A DNA stretch of 64,000 nt from NCBI GenBank assembly GCA_965206645.1, contig CBDBKE010000004.1, positions 1,024,001 through 1,088,000 on the forward strand, read 5' to 3'. The position numbers were made by a program, and so were the translations under genes. Source of the stretch: Terriglobia bacterium (GTDB taxonomy: Bacteria > Acidobacteriota > Terriglobia > JAJPHL01 > JAPKYU01). Below are positions 18,109 to 28,929 of the stretch, piece by piece. The notes under the pieces are model-generated. The model did no database searches. It saw only the letters and a list, made by a program, of their open reading frames with translations, and was not told the origin of the DNA. Each line of letters starts with the position of its first letter. Within the stretch, counting starts at the first letter, position 1.

Positions 18109-19188
18109 TCAGCCCCTATCCGCAAACTTCACGGGCCAGTTTGCCTTCTTGGCGGGAGTCGCGCGGCCATCGGCTCGAAGGAGGTTCACGGCGGACTTGT
18201 AAAGGTAGAATGGCGTCTTAGTTACGACGAACTCCCGCACTTCCTCCTCCTTCATAATTCTGCTGGCTAGTTGGGCTACGAGCTCGTCCGCAAGCCACGC
18301 CGGCTTGAGATTCGAAAAGAAGCTCTGTTGGCCAGATTCGTCCACCCGGTCCGAAAACCGGTAGTCGCCGGTCTGGTCCGCTTTCCACATCGCCGACTTC
18401 ATCACCTCAAGGCCGCGAAGGTGGTTCGTTCCAAAAATCAGCCAGTTTATAAGGTGCTCGCTGGAATCGAACATCGCAAACGACCAGACGTAGACCACGC
18501 CCGCGTTGGCGCGAATGGCGTCCATGTAGGCGCGGATCAAATACTGTTGGCGGGCATCGCCATTCATCGTAAGCGCGGCCTTCCACGACTCGTCACCGTA
18601 GGCCGCTGTGATGCCAGGCCATTTCGTCCTGTCCGACAAGAAGTGGTTCATCCGCTGGCAGTTCAGATACGAAAAGACCTCGCAGCACTGGTGCGCCATG
18701 ATGTGTTGCACTAGGGACATCGGCACCTGGGAGTAGCCAAATTGGTCGAGGAAGAACAACGCCGGCCCGAGCATTTGTCCCTGCCGCCTACGTTCTGCGA
18801 TTAGCTTGCGGATTTCAGCGTCACAATCGCCGAGGATAGGAGGCTCAACAATCACCGTTTGACTCGCCACGATTTGATCTTGCTCTTGGGCCAGACGACT
18901 CACGAGATGGGCATGCCGTTCTCTATCTTTTTCGATGAAGCGGAGCCGAATCTTCTTTAGTAAGGTCCGGTCATGGTTGAGAATTGAGTTCAGGGCAACA
19001 ATCGGGCTCCCAGGCTCACCAAGCAGGTATTCACCTGGCCCCGCAAAACCATCAACGAACAGCAGTTCGGTGCCAAATCGAGCGTTGCTGAGGATGGCGG
19101 CCCACGCTTCCAGGTAGGTCCTCAGAATGCCGTGCTTCGCAAGGGTATGTGGTTCTGCTTCCCAGACGGTGGGAAGATTGTCGGTCAT
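18109..19188 (-). CDS. tcmP: three-Cys-motif partner protein (TcmP-like, methyltransferase fold)
   Basis: [34 protein letters not shown]; translationally coupled to DUF5131. Confidence 0.8.
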   Translation of the reverse strand: MTDNLPTVWEAEPHTLAKHGILRTYLEAWAAILSNARFGTELLFVDGFAGPGEYLLGEPGSPIVALNSILNHDRTLLKKIRLRFIEKDRERHAHLVSRLAQEQDQIVASQTVIVEPPILGDCDAEIRKLIAERRRQGQMLGPALFFLDQFGYSQVPMSLVQHIMAHQCCEVFSYLNCQRMNHFLSDRTKWPGITAAYGDESWKAALTMNGDARQQYLIRAYMDAIRANAGVVYVWSFAMFDSSEHLINWLIFGTNHLRGLEVMKSAMWKADQTGDYRFSDRVDESGQQSFFSNLKPAWLADELVAQLASRIMKEEEVREFVVTKTPFYLYKSAVNLLRADGRATPAKKANWPVKFADRG

Positions 19189-19916
19189 GCGGTGATTCTA
19201 TTCTGCGGGCGTGGCGGGAGTTCATTCCAAGTGCGGCCATCTAACGTTCGACCTGACTTCTTCTTGTTCACGCCTCCCCATTGCTTGAAGAAGAACGGCA
19301 CGCCACGTTCCAAGCAGCGGTTGCGAATTGTTCTCACCCAGTCGGGTTCCATCGGGCGGCACTCCGGTCCTGACTCGCCGCCGACGATGATCCAATGAAT
19401 GCCGGTCAGTGGTAGGCGCGGAATCGGTCCAAGTAGAGGCTCGACCGAGAGGAACCTTATGGCTGCGGGAATGTTCCGAAGATGTCGAATGCGCGAAACG
19501 ACCTTCGCGTTCTCGACGCTGGTTCCAAGCCACACGTTCCTCGGCCAGTTGAGTTGACTGACATGCTCGGCCGCAATCTCGGGGCGCTTCGTCAGGATTT
19601 GGAATGTGTGATGCGGGCAGGCCGTCATCACCTTGAAGACTTGCTGGATGAACGAGAGCGGCACGTCCTTTTGGAACAGGTCGCTCATCGAGTTGACGAA
19701 GATCAGGCGAGGTGAGCGCCAGCCGAACGGGATGGTCAACGCGTCCTCGTGCAGCGCAAGGCGAAAACCGTTCTTGTAGTGCTCCTTGCCCATCGCTCGC
19801 AGGCGGTTGGACATCCGCTCCGCGTAGCAGTGCTTGCACCCAGCGCTGACCTTCGTGCAGCCAGTCACCGGATTCCAGGTAGCCTCCGTCCACTCAATGC
19901 TCGAGCCATCTGCCAT
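19185..19916 (-). CDS. DUF5131 / phage Gp37-Gp68 radical-SAM-like protein
   Basis: [58 protein letters not shown]. Confidence 0.92.
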   Translation of the reverse strand: MADGSSIEWTEATWNPVTGCTKVSAGCKHCYAERMSNRLRAMGKEHYKNGFRLALHEDALTIPFGWRSPRLIFVNSMSDLFQKDVPLSFIQQVFKVMTACPHHTFQILTKRPEIAAEHVSQLNWPRNVWLGTSVENAKVVSRIRHLRNIPAAIRFLSVEPLLGPIPRLPLTGIHWIIVGGESGPECRPMEPDWVRTIRNRCLERGVPFFFKQWGGVNKKKSGRTLDGRTWNELPPRPQNRITA

Positions 19917-19942
19917 TTTTCAAGAGCCTACACACGTTCGTC

Positions 19943-20100
19943 TTACATTCGCCACATAAACTTCGATGCTGGCTGGCGGCCGAGGGCGGCCTCACTCCCC
20001 TGCTCGGCTCCGGGCGCGAAGACCATCGCCCATGATGGACTTGTAGCGGAAGAACGCGTTCTCCACGCGCCGCCCCGCGCCACCCCGCGGGGATCGTCTG
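19943..20100 (-). pseudogene. IS5-family transposase C-terminal fragment
   Basis: VENAFFRYKSIMGDGLRARS resembles VENGFFRYKSVLGGSLKARN of the IS5 at 57.5 kb. Confidence 0.6.
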
Positions 20101-20463
20101 CGCGGGCATGACGCGGGCAGGTCATGCCCTTCAGCGACCTTGAGGCCCAAGTCCGCGCCGAGATGGCGGCCGCGGGCCTGGGGGCGGCGGTGGCCGGACA
20201 TCTCTACTGGGCCGCGCCGCGTGCTCTAATACTCGTTTCTTCCGCCGAATGTCCCGCTGAGCCTTGTTCATGAACGACCTCCCGTTCTGGACACTTTACG
20301 GTTGCACAAGGTGTCCAGCGAGGTCTGAAATTCCTACACTGTGCTACTTCATTGCCGCCCCTACACCAACTCGACGTTCACGCGACGCCCAACCATGGCG
20401 GCAGCCTCACTGTGTGGTCCAAGCTGAATGCTAGTTCCCTGGATCTGTGATTTCTAGAATAAG

Positions 20464-20883
20464 TCACCGACGGTCGACTCGGCGGTGCGCGCCGACTGGG
20501 GGCGGGGCGATAGTTCCGTCTGTGGCAATCAGGTTCGCCTGTCTGACCCGGATGACCTCGTACTCCGTGTGCGCCTCATAGACAAATCCTGCGAGTTCGA
20601 TTCGATCTTTCTCGGGCACCATCAGGAAACACGGTCCCCCGCTAGCACCGCTGAGTTCCGGATTGGGGGGCAGTTCCTCGCCCTGAGGCCAGTACCAGCT
20701 GTTCGAGTCGAAGCAGAACGCCATGTGGTTCTCCGACCAGTTGTCCGCTCGGGCGATGAACGACACGAAGTCGCTAGTCATCGTTGCGGGCCTCTTTCCA
20801 GAAGCTTGAGTCCGACGGTTCGTCGGATACCCGCCAAGAATGACTGGATCGTCCTTCTTGATAGCAGGCGGTGGCCATGCCTC
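20464..20883 (-). pseudogene. C-terminal part of a trypsin-like protease-fold protein truncated by IS3
   Basis: VILGGYP..LSGASGGPCF motif; 5' part replaced by IS3. Confidence 0.5.
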
Positions 20884-22133
20884 TGACCTGACCGGCACTT
20901 TTTGTACCAAGTGGAAAGAGAGAGAATCCACTTGAGAAGGAAGTGAGGTCATGCCGACAAGGAGTTACAAGCCGGAGCAGATTGTAGCGGTGCTACGGCA
21001 GATAGAAGTGCAGATGGGGAACGGGAAGACTGCGCCCCAAGCCTGCAAAGAAGCTGGAATCCACACCCAAACCTACTACCGGTGGCGGAAGGAATACGGC
21101 GGGCTGAAGGTGGTGCAGGCAAAACGGCTAAAGGAGTTGGAGAAGGAAAACACGCGGCTGAAGCGGTTGGTAGCGGAGCTTTCTCTGGAGAAGCAGGTGC
21201 TGCGGGATGTGGCACAGGGAAACTTCTGAGCCCTGAGCGGCGGCGTTGTGCGGTGGAGCGTGCGTGGGAGCAACACGGGTTGTCGGAACGGCATGCCTGC
21301 CGGCTGCTGGGGCAATGGCGAGGGACACAACGATACGAGCCGATTCATCGGGTGGACGAGGATGCTCTGACCCGAGCGATCATTGCCCTGGGAGCGAACT
21401 ACGGGCGATATGGCTACCGGAGGATCACAGCGTTGCTGCGGAGTGCGGGCTGGGAAGTGGGCAAGGACCGGGTGCAGCGGATTTGGCGGCGGGAAGGGCT
21501 GAAAGTGCCGCAAAAACAAAGGCCGCGAGGACGGCTGTGGCTGAACGACGGTTCCTGTGTACGACTGAGGCCGGAGCGACCGAACCACGTGTGGAGCTAC
21601 GACTTCATGAGTGCCAGAACGCACGAGGGGAGAACGCTGCGGCTGCTGACCTTGCTGGATGAGTACACGCGGGAATGCCTGGCGATCCGGGTGGAGCGGA
21701 GGATGGGCAGCCAACAAATCATTGAGGCGTTGTCGGACGTGATGTTGTGGCGAGGGATACCGGAACAGATTCGATCCGACAATGGTCCCGAGTTCATCGC
21801 CAAACAACTGCGCCAGTGGTTGGCAAATCTAGGGACCGGGACACTGTACATCGAACCGGGCAGTCCCTGGGAGAACGGGTACTGCGAGAGTTTCAATGGG
21901 AAGCTGCGGGACGAATGCCTGAATGGAGAGATCTTCTACTCGTTGAAGGAGGCACAGGTGCTGATTGAACAGTGGAGGGTGCAATACAACACGGTGCGGC
22001 CGCACTCGGCGCTCGGCTATAGGCCCCCGGCGCCGGGGGCCTATAGCCCTCCCCTGCCACTGAAACCAGTTTCACAGCCCCAGGCTGCGATGTAAACTCT
22101 CACTACGGTTGGTACAAAAAATCGGTCTGGTCA
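20884..22133 (+). mobile_element. IS3-family IS, copy 1 (1250 bp)
   Basis: IRs TGACCTGACCGGCACTTTTTGTACCA / TGGTACAAAAAATCGGTCTGGTCA; orfA 20951-21229, orfB to 22095 via -1 frameshift at GGGAAAC. Confidence 0.95.
20951..22095 (+). CDS. IS3 transposase OrfAB (programmed frameshift)
   Basis: HTH OrfA; WSYDF, RSDNGPEF, ENGYCESFNGKLRDE. Confidence 0.93.
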
Positions 22134-22574
22134 CGACCGCCACGAGGCGTTTCAGGCGCTGGTTGATGTTCTCGATGGGGGGTCTGGAAACTGAGGCGCT
22201 ACCCGCGGGCATCGCAGCCAGTTGGCCGCCCAGAGAACGGGTATGGTGGACAGATGACAAAGAGCAGACAGACTAGGCAATTGAGCCCGTTTTGGAGTTG
22301 GGTCTGCGCGCGGCGCGCCCATGACAATTTTCGCGGCGACTTTATTCGGGATACGCGGGATCTTGTAGCGATGGGCGTCAACCCGGGAGAGCGCATTCTG
22401 GCGGCGTGCCCCGAGGCCATGCAGGAGTCCGAGCGGCTGCGCGCGACATTCTCGCATCTTCAGTAGTGGTACTGGCGCGGGACGCCGTACCACCATGACT
22501 GCTGGGAGGCCGCAAGACCTCCTGCAACGGGAGGGAGGAGTCTAGTTTGATTTCTCCCCTCCCGATTCCTGGAA

Positions 22575-23459
22575 GTGGCCAAAGCCGAAATGGAGAGACC
22601 CAGTATAGCTGGCACTTACATCATCGGGCTGTTCGATATACTCGGGCAGACGCACAAGCTCCGCGACCTACCAAGTTTTCTCGCCCCACCCGGAACCCCC
22701 GCACGCGCCGAGGCGACCTCCGCCTTAAGCGAAGTGACTCGTGAGGTAGCTGACTTACGGTGGCTGTTCCGGCAGCAGTTCGAGGCGTTCGGCGCATCTG
22801 TTGCTCAGATGGCCGCCACGTGCGGCCTGGAGGGTAATGAGATCGCACTGTTGGAGCCGAGTTTCAGGCAGTGGGGTATGTCCGACTCGTACGTCGTAGC
22901 CATTCCGCCGCCGCGCCACGACGACGAACGAGTCTCTCGGCTAGCCGATGTGTACCGCCTGCTGTCCGCAGCAGCGTGTACGTGGCTGCACGCAATGAGA
23001 GTGAACCTGCCCATCCGAGGCGGGATAGCGTTGGGCCTCGCCGTGGCCTTAGAGGAGAACGAGGTCTACGGCCGCCCGCTGGCTGAGGCTCACAGGCTGG
23101 AGAGCAAGGTCGCAAAGTACCCCAGGATAGTAGTCGGGTCGGGGCTCGTGACCTTGCTAAACAGCACCTTGAGGATCGAGACCGAAGATGCAGGGCACTC
23201 GGCGTTGGCCCGCCGGTTAGCACAGGCGTCCCTGGCCCTCATTCAAAGGGACGAGGATGAGCGGCTGGTGGTGGATGTCACCAGCCCAGTTGTCATTGAG
23301 CGCCTACGGGAAGCTATGCCCGATCTGCCGGCGGCCGTGATGCGGAATGTTGAGCAGCAGCTCAGGTGCTACGAGGAAGCGGGATGCAAAAAACTAGAGG
23401 GACGCTACCAGTGGCTTCATCGCCGCCTCGCCGGGCTCCGTGATCGATATGGCCCTTGA
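22575..23459 (+). CDS. class III nucleotidyl-cyclase-like protein
   Basis: FDILG, MSDSYVV, IRGGIALG, YGRPLAEAHRLESKVAKYPRIVV. Confidence 0.6.
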   Translation: MAKAEMERPSIAGTYIIGLFDILGQTHKLRDLPSFLAPPGTPARAEATSALSEVTREVADLRWLFRQQFEAFGASVAQMAATCGLEGNEIALLEPSFRQWGMSDSYVVAIPPPRHDDERVSRLADVYRLLSAAACTWLHAMRVNLPIRGGIALGLAVALEENEVYGRPLAEAHRLESKVAKYPRIVVGSGLVTLLNSTLRIETEDAGHSALARRLAQASLALIQRDEDERLVVDVTSPVVIERLREAMPDLPAAVMRNVEQQLRCYEEAGCKKLEGRYQWLHRRLAGLRDRYGP

Positions 23460-23619
23460 GGCATTCTCTATCCGTCAGTTGATCCGCCCGCTCTCCTTGA
23501 GCCTACACATGATGAGAGTGTGCTTTTCTTTCCTTCCGCTCCTGGACCTTGGCACGGATCTGGCGGGTGTCAGGCCTCTAACCGTCGTTTACTGGTCGTG
23601 GGTGTCGTCGAGGAGGGCG

Positions 23620-23662
23620 TCATTCTCCAGTAATCAGTGGTCCGAAGAAACCGGGCAGGTCA
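23620..23662 (+). mobile_element. IS3-family right-end remnant
   Basis: CTCCAGTAATCAGTGGTCCGAAGAAACCGGGCAGGTCA resembles the reverse complement of the IS end at 34344. Confidence 0.55.
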
Positions 23663-23734
23663 GCGGGACTGGGATTGTCCCGCCCGCTGTTGATCTTCGC
23701 GAGCGGCGGCTTGTGCTGTGATTCTATGCGACCT

Positions 23735-25102
23735 TGTCCATTGCGAATTGATATGTTGAGCGATTCTACCCGTGGCCGCTGCCCCAGTGAGGCGAGTGCA
23801 CACTGGCGGAGTACCCTCGGTAGCAGCGAAACAATCAGATCAGACAACCGCTCCGCGTTGACAAGCTCAAACAGCGAATGGTTTCGTAGGAAGTGCCCGC
23901 CTGCCGATGTCCGCCGGTTACACAGGGAGCACCAGTCTTTGGAGAATCAGGCAGTCATTGGGGTGTGATAGAGGCCTCTGCAGTGGCGTTGCCATCCATA
24001 GGAATGGAGCCTGGCGACTGGTCGTGGTATAGGCGTGACTGGATCAGGCGTTCTCCCCTCCAGTCCAGTGTGCGAGCGATACGCATTGAAATATGTCCTG
24101 AAATCGAGCAGCTTGTTCTCCAGGTCCGCCGGCGTCCAGAACAACGTGCGGTCCAAATACTCGCGTCGAATCGTGCCGATCAACCGTTCCACAAAGGGAT
24201 GGGACAGGGGAACATAGGGGACGGTTTTGATTTCGATTACCTCCAGGATCCGCAGATTGGCTTGCCACTGCCCAAACCGATACAGGGGATCATGGTCGGA
24301 GCTGAGGTAGTTGGGCATACAGGGTTGCCATCGAATGGCGCAGTTGAACATGCGGCAAAGTGCCACGCCATTGACGGTTCCGGCGTGGACGCCGAACCCA
24401 ATGATCCGGCGGGTGTATTGATCCATGACGACCAAGACCCAGCGGGTCCGCAACGTGGCCGATTCGCACCGGAACAGATCTATACTCCAGAGGCTGTCCT
24501 TCATGTGGCCAATGAAGGTCAGCCAGGATGGACCACCGGAGTCCTTTTTCGGCCGATAGTGGCTGGCGAGAATCCTTCGAACAACGTCTTTGTCGATGGG
24601 GATGTCGAAAGCCAAGGCAATCTGCTGAGCGATTCGCGGGCAGCCGCAGGTGGGATTGCGCTGCTTCATCTGGACAACAGCGTCGATGAGTTCTTTGTTG
24701 GGTCCGTTTGGTCCGGGCTTACGCCGGTGCTTGGATGAAAAGAGCAGGCAATATTTTCGGTTCCTCAGAGCCCGGTGAAGGCCCAAAAGAGTCGAAGGCT
24801 TCAGCACGATTGCTGAACGGATCAGGCGGGCGGGGCGGATGAGGAGAGCACACAGGCCGGCGGCGAGGCGATCTGAAGTGCGTAGATTGGGAGATCGCTG
24901 TCGCGAACGATTGAGGATCAGGAGTTGTTGCTTGGCGAGAACGGACTCGGCGATCACAGAGCGAATGCCACCCGGACCCAAGAACCGGGTAAGAGTAGCC
25001 ATGACATGGACTGAAAGGATAACGAGATTGCGCATCTCAGCATCTTAGCAAGAACCGCTAAACCCAGGAATTAGGCCGTAAACTAGCAATTCGCCAGGGA
25101 CA
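23735..25102 (-). mobile_element. IS481-like element
   Basis: TGT..ACA ends, TGTCCATTGCGAATTG vs TGTCCCTGGCGAATTG (14/16); one rve transposase. Confidence 0.7.
23947..25035 (-). CDS. integrase-core (rve) transposase
   Basis: WSIDLF, LSSDHD, FVERLIGTIRREYLD. Confidence 0.85.
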   Translation of the reverse strand: MRNLVILSVHVMATLTRFLGPGGIRSVIAESVLAKQQLLILNRSRQRSPNLRTSDRLAAGLCALLIRPARLIRSAIVLKPSTLLGLHRALRNRKYCLLFSSKHRRKPGPNGPNKELIDAVVQMKQRNPTCGCPRIAQQIALAFDIPIDKDVVRRILASHYRPKKDSGGPSWLTFIGHMKDSLWSIDLFRCESATLRTRWVLVVMDQYTRRIIGFGVHAGTVNGVALCRMFNCAIRWQPCMPNYLSSDHDPLYRFGQWQANLRILEVIEIKTVPYVPLSHPFVERLIGTIRREYLDRTLFWTPADLENKLLDFRTYFNAYRSHTGLEGRTPDPVTPIPRPVARLHSYGWQRHCRGLYHTPMTA

Positions 25103-26033
25103 GGCTGGCGTCGAGAAAAACATCCGGTTCCTTGACCAAGCGAAAGACTATTTCGTGCCGGTCTTCATTTTCACCAACGATAGCCCCGAGGACGTTAAAA
25201 GCAAGTTGCCTCAAGCCGTTTATCGGGAGGAGTCGTCGGAGAAAAGTTTCGTGTTCATTCAGCAGAAGTCCAGCCTGTTGTCCGGCGATTCGCTGGATTT
25301 CAGCGCCATCAAAGACTGGATAAGGCAAAGTGCGTCGGTGTATACCCTGAAAACCTGGGAACAGGCGTTCCATTTCGCCAAGAAAGAACTGTTCGGTTCG
25401 ATGTACGCAAGAAGCCCGGACTGGCCCAGGGTGTTCTGGAAAGCGTACAAAGATGACGGTGCGGACCCGAGCTCGTCCCTTACGCATCTGATCAACGACA
25501 GTCTACGGGGGCGCATGCGGACGAGCGCGTTTGAGGCGGAAATTCTCGATGCTCCCTATGCTGAGGTTCCCAGGGATGATTTGCTTGCGCTGATCGGCGA
25601 AACCAGTTTCCGTGCACAGAATAAATTGCCGGAAGACGAGATCAGGTGCGGCGACTTGTTCCAGCAACCCCAGAACAACTTCCTGCTCAATCTCCGGCCG
25701 GACTGCGACTGTGTTCCCAGAGACGGAAATGCGGACGAGGTGGAGCTGTACTGCATCGAGGGGAAAAAGATGAGCGACCAGAAACTCGCCAAGCAATTTA
25801 AAGAAGGACATTTTGATGAGAGGGTATGGCAGAGTATCGCTTTCTCCATTCACGAAGGGAAAAGCATGCAGTTTGACTTCAGAAAACTTCGCGTAGAGAA
25901 GTTTTCGGAGCTAAAAGATAAGCGCATCGGTCGTCTGCTGCACCCCTATGTGACCAGAATCCAACAACGTTACGCCCTGTATCTGCAACGACAGGGGCTA
26001 CCCCGCATACCTGAAGGAGCCGTCCAGGGGTAG
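25103..26033 (+). pseudogene. 5'-truncated hypothetical protein (receiver-like remnant plus conserved C-terminal domain)
   Basis: PVFIFTN, CGDLF..FLLNLRPDCDC, YLQRQGLP; frame begins at the IS end. Confidence 0.5.
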
Positions 26034-26200
26034 CATTCTGGTTGGCTGGCCAACTCCATCCAGCACTTAGCGCCGTTCGGCTGTCCAGTGTAAGGGCTTC
26101 AAGAAAACGATGAGTCCAATCCCCAATCTGTCGCGGTCAAGAACTGCTCTCGCGCACGCGCTCCGTCTGGACCGGCCCGAGCGCGAGGCGTGGGTCGAGT

Positions 26201-26350
26201 CATGAGAGCCTTGCTCTTCGTGCTGATAATGCCGGTGGGGACCGGCGTCGCGCGCGCGCAGTCGCCGGACATGGTGACTGATCGTCCGGATCAGACCGAG
26301 TCGGCTGCGGTTGTGCCGCGGGGCCTGCTGCAGGTAGAGACGGGATGGGG
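26201..26350 (+). pseudogene. fragment of a secreted MetA-pathway/transporter-like protein
   Basis: signal peptide plus TDRPDQTESAAVVPRGLLQVETG, then truncated. Confidence 0.45.
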
Positions 26351-26621
26351 GAAGCACATGCGGCGGAGGATCAGACACCACAGAATCATGACTTCACGGC
26401 TTGGTGACTGCGGCAGACCAGTCGAGCTCTAATAGGTGGTGACCCGATGGGCTCAACCCAAGTGCGGCGTAGGCTCGCTGGGCGCGACTGTTCTCACCCT
26501 CGACGTAGAGCCGTAGGCCCCGCACGTCGGATTGTGACTCGGCCCGGCTCTTGATGTGGGCAAAGAGCGCTCGGAAGACTCCCCGCTGGCGGAAATCAAC
26601 GGAGACGTAGACACTCTGGAA

Positions 26622-26752
26622 GGTACTGTCAAGTTGAGCAGAATCTGCCCGTTTTGCGGAAGGATTCTGCTGGATCAGAGACTGAGAATCAATGACTTAG
26701 CGGTGGCGGCGGGCGGCGAGAATGCCGCCAAACTGCTTAACTTGACAGTACC
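26622..26752 (+). mobile_element. MITE family A, copy 1 (131 bp)
   Basis: 14-bp TIR GGTACTGTCAAGTT; four near-identical copies in the window. Confidence 0.9.
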
Positions 26753-26829
26753 TATCTGGGAATTGGAGAATCGTCTTTCGCTTCGCTGATGGCGAGGCGG
26801 TAGACGTGGACCTGATCGACTACCACTAA
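26753..26829 (+). pseudogene. higB: HigB toxin C-terminal remnant truncated by MITE
   Basis: SGNWRIVFRFADGEAVDVDLIDYH* directly upstream of higA. Confidence 0.75.
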
Positions 26830-26841
26830 AGGAGGTCTGAA

Positions 26842-27102
26842 ATGTCCATGCGCAACCCGTCGCACCCTGGAGAACTGATCCGCGAGAGCATCCAGGCGAA
26901 AAGCTGGACGGTGGCCCAGTGCGCCGAACGCCTTGGTGTGACCCGAAATACACTGTCGCAACTGCTAAACGGACACGCCGGAGTTTCGCCCACGATGGCG
27001 CTGGCGTTGGAACGTATCGGATGGAGTGACGCTGAACATTGGGTACGGATGCAAGGGAGCTTCGAACTAGCGCAAGCCCGGCTGAGAGAAACGGCGGCGT
27101 GA
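26842..27102 (+). CDS. higA: HigA family antitoxin
   Basis: PSHPGELIRE, HTH, SPTMALAL, WVRMQ; AAGGAGG RBS. Confidence 0.88.
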   Translation: MSMRNPSHPGELIRESIQAKSWTVAQCAERLGVTRNTLSQLLNGHAGVSPTMALALERIGWSDAEHWVRMQGSFELAQARLRETAA

Positions 27103-27795
27103 GTCTCACCCAGGTGGGGGGTCATGCCGGAGCTTTGGTTTTCATGATCGGCACCCTGGCCGGGATGGCTGGCGGTTTTCTCGCGCTGCTGGCGATTCCC
27201 GGTGGCGCAGCGGCGCGGGCGGCTGAAGAGGAAGAAATTGGATGAGTGAGGAAGAAAAAACGCTCAGAGGAACCATCGAAGAGGCTTGGGACGAGGCCTA
27301 CAACTTCTACCAGTTGTTTGACGGAGAGAGCGACAGAGGTGCCGCTGTTCTTGCCGCAGCGCTTTTCAAGGACCGGCTAAAAAAAGCTATAGAGGGAAAG
27401 GAAGTTCCATAACGTTGACAACAAAGTATGCAAGCGTCTGTCCTTCTGGGGCACGATAGAACTTGGTTATGCCCTCGGACTTTATGATCGGAAAACCCTA
27501 AATGGCTTACATGTTGTCGGAGAGATCCGTAACAAATTTGCCCACTCATCCGACCCGCTGGAATTCGACCACGAGAAGGTAGCGGCTAAGTGCCGGGAAC
27601 TCGATGCGGCCGTCCAAGATCCTGACAACTTACGCGAAAGGTATCTGACCTACTTGCGGGACGTTGAACTCAGCGTGAGGCGTTCGTAGCTCCCGGGATC
27701 GGCCCAGGGAGCTTAAGCGACCAGTCGCGGCGGCAGACCTGGTACCGGGGCAGCGCCCGGATCGCGCGACCCCCTTCTGTCTGAGGAGATAAGCC

Positions 27796-28763
27796 ATGCA
27801 GCGAAAACGCGACGGGTTGGTTCCCATTGCTGAAGCCTTCTCTGATCTGAGCGGGCCGGTGGCGGCGCTCCGCGAAACCCCACCACCGGCGCGGCGGGAC
27901 TTCACCCTCGCCGATCAGGTAAACCAGTTGGTCGGGGCCAGCGAAGCGGACCCCGACCGGAGTTTTATGGCGCGAACGATGGCGCTCTGCTCGTTGCCCC
28001 GGAGCAACCCCGGCAACCGGCTTCAATACAAACGCGTCAACGGGCCATTCACCCTCTACATGACGGTGACGGGCGGCAACAAGCTCCCCTTCGGCAACCT
28101 GCCGCGTTTGATCCTGGCCTGGCTTTGCACCGAAGCGGTACGAACCCAAAACCGCGAGCTGGTCCTGGGGAAATCGCTGGCGGACTTCATGCGAGCGCTC
28201 GGTGTTTACAGCACCAGCGGCGGAAAGTACACCCGCCTCCGCAACCAAATGAAGCGGCCGTTTGGTTGCAGCGTCTCGCTGGTCTATGGGGATGCGCGGC
28301 GCGAAACGACCGCCACCGCTCTGATTGCCGACCTTACTGATTTTTGGTGGAACGAGCGTAAGCCTGACGAGCCGATGCTGTGGGACAGCAAGATTTATTT
28401 AGGTGAGGCGTTCTTCAACGAGATCATCCGCCACCCTGTACCGCTCGATATGAACACCCTCACGGCGCTCAAGCGTTCTTCGCTGGGCCTCGACTTGTAC
28501 CTCTGGCTGGTGTACCGGACCTTTCCGCTTCGCGCTCCGCTGCGGATCACCTGGAGGCAGGTGTACCGTCAGTTTGGAGTGCACCCCTCCAAGGCCAGCG
28601 CAAGCGCACCGTTGATGCCTTTCGCACAAAGGTTCTCCGCGAGTTGAAGAAGATCAAGCTGGCCTGGCCGGAGCTGAAGTACTCGACGGCCAAGGGTGTC
28701 CTGATCCTGCATCCTTCAACCCCCGTCATCGCCCCAGTGGATCAGCGTCAACTAGCAAGCTAG
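27796..28763 (+). pseudogene. repA: plasmid replication protein RepA (pSa-type), frameshift near 28600
   Basis: LCSLPRSNPG, LPFGNLPRLILAWLCTEA, HPVPLD, SLGLDLYLWLVYR; C-terminus RELKKIKLAWPEL in another frame. Confidence 0.8.
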
Positions 28764-28882
28764 AACCGCAAAGCTCGCCCCTGACGGCCCCGCGAGTCGC
28801 GGGCGTCCCCTAAGGTCTCCGCACCGCTGAAAGTCATTCCTGGGGCTTCTTACGGTGTCCTGGTCGCCCGCCGCCGCGAGGT

Positions 28883-28891
28883 TTATCCACA
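28883..28891 (+). promoter_or_regulatory. DnaA box
   Basis: perfect TTATCCACA downstream of repA, repeated at 30208-30216. Confidence 0.45.
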
Positions 28892-28929
28892 GGTGCCAGT
28901 GATGCGGGGAACTCAGAAATAGCGGCTCT

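Noticed and set aside
26622-26752. MITE copies as integron attC sites or CRISPR repeats
   Set aside because: Perfect terminal IRs, dispersed, both orientations, cutting genes rather than following intact cassettes; no integron integrase
27242-27690. MtlR-like repressor gene
   Set aside because: Only broken fragments (ESDRGAAVLAA..., RN.FAH-like) with stops and frameshifts; too degraded to call
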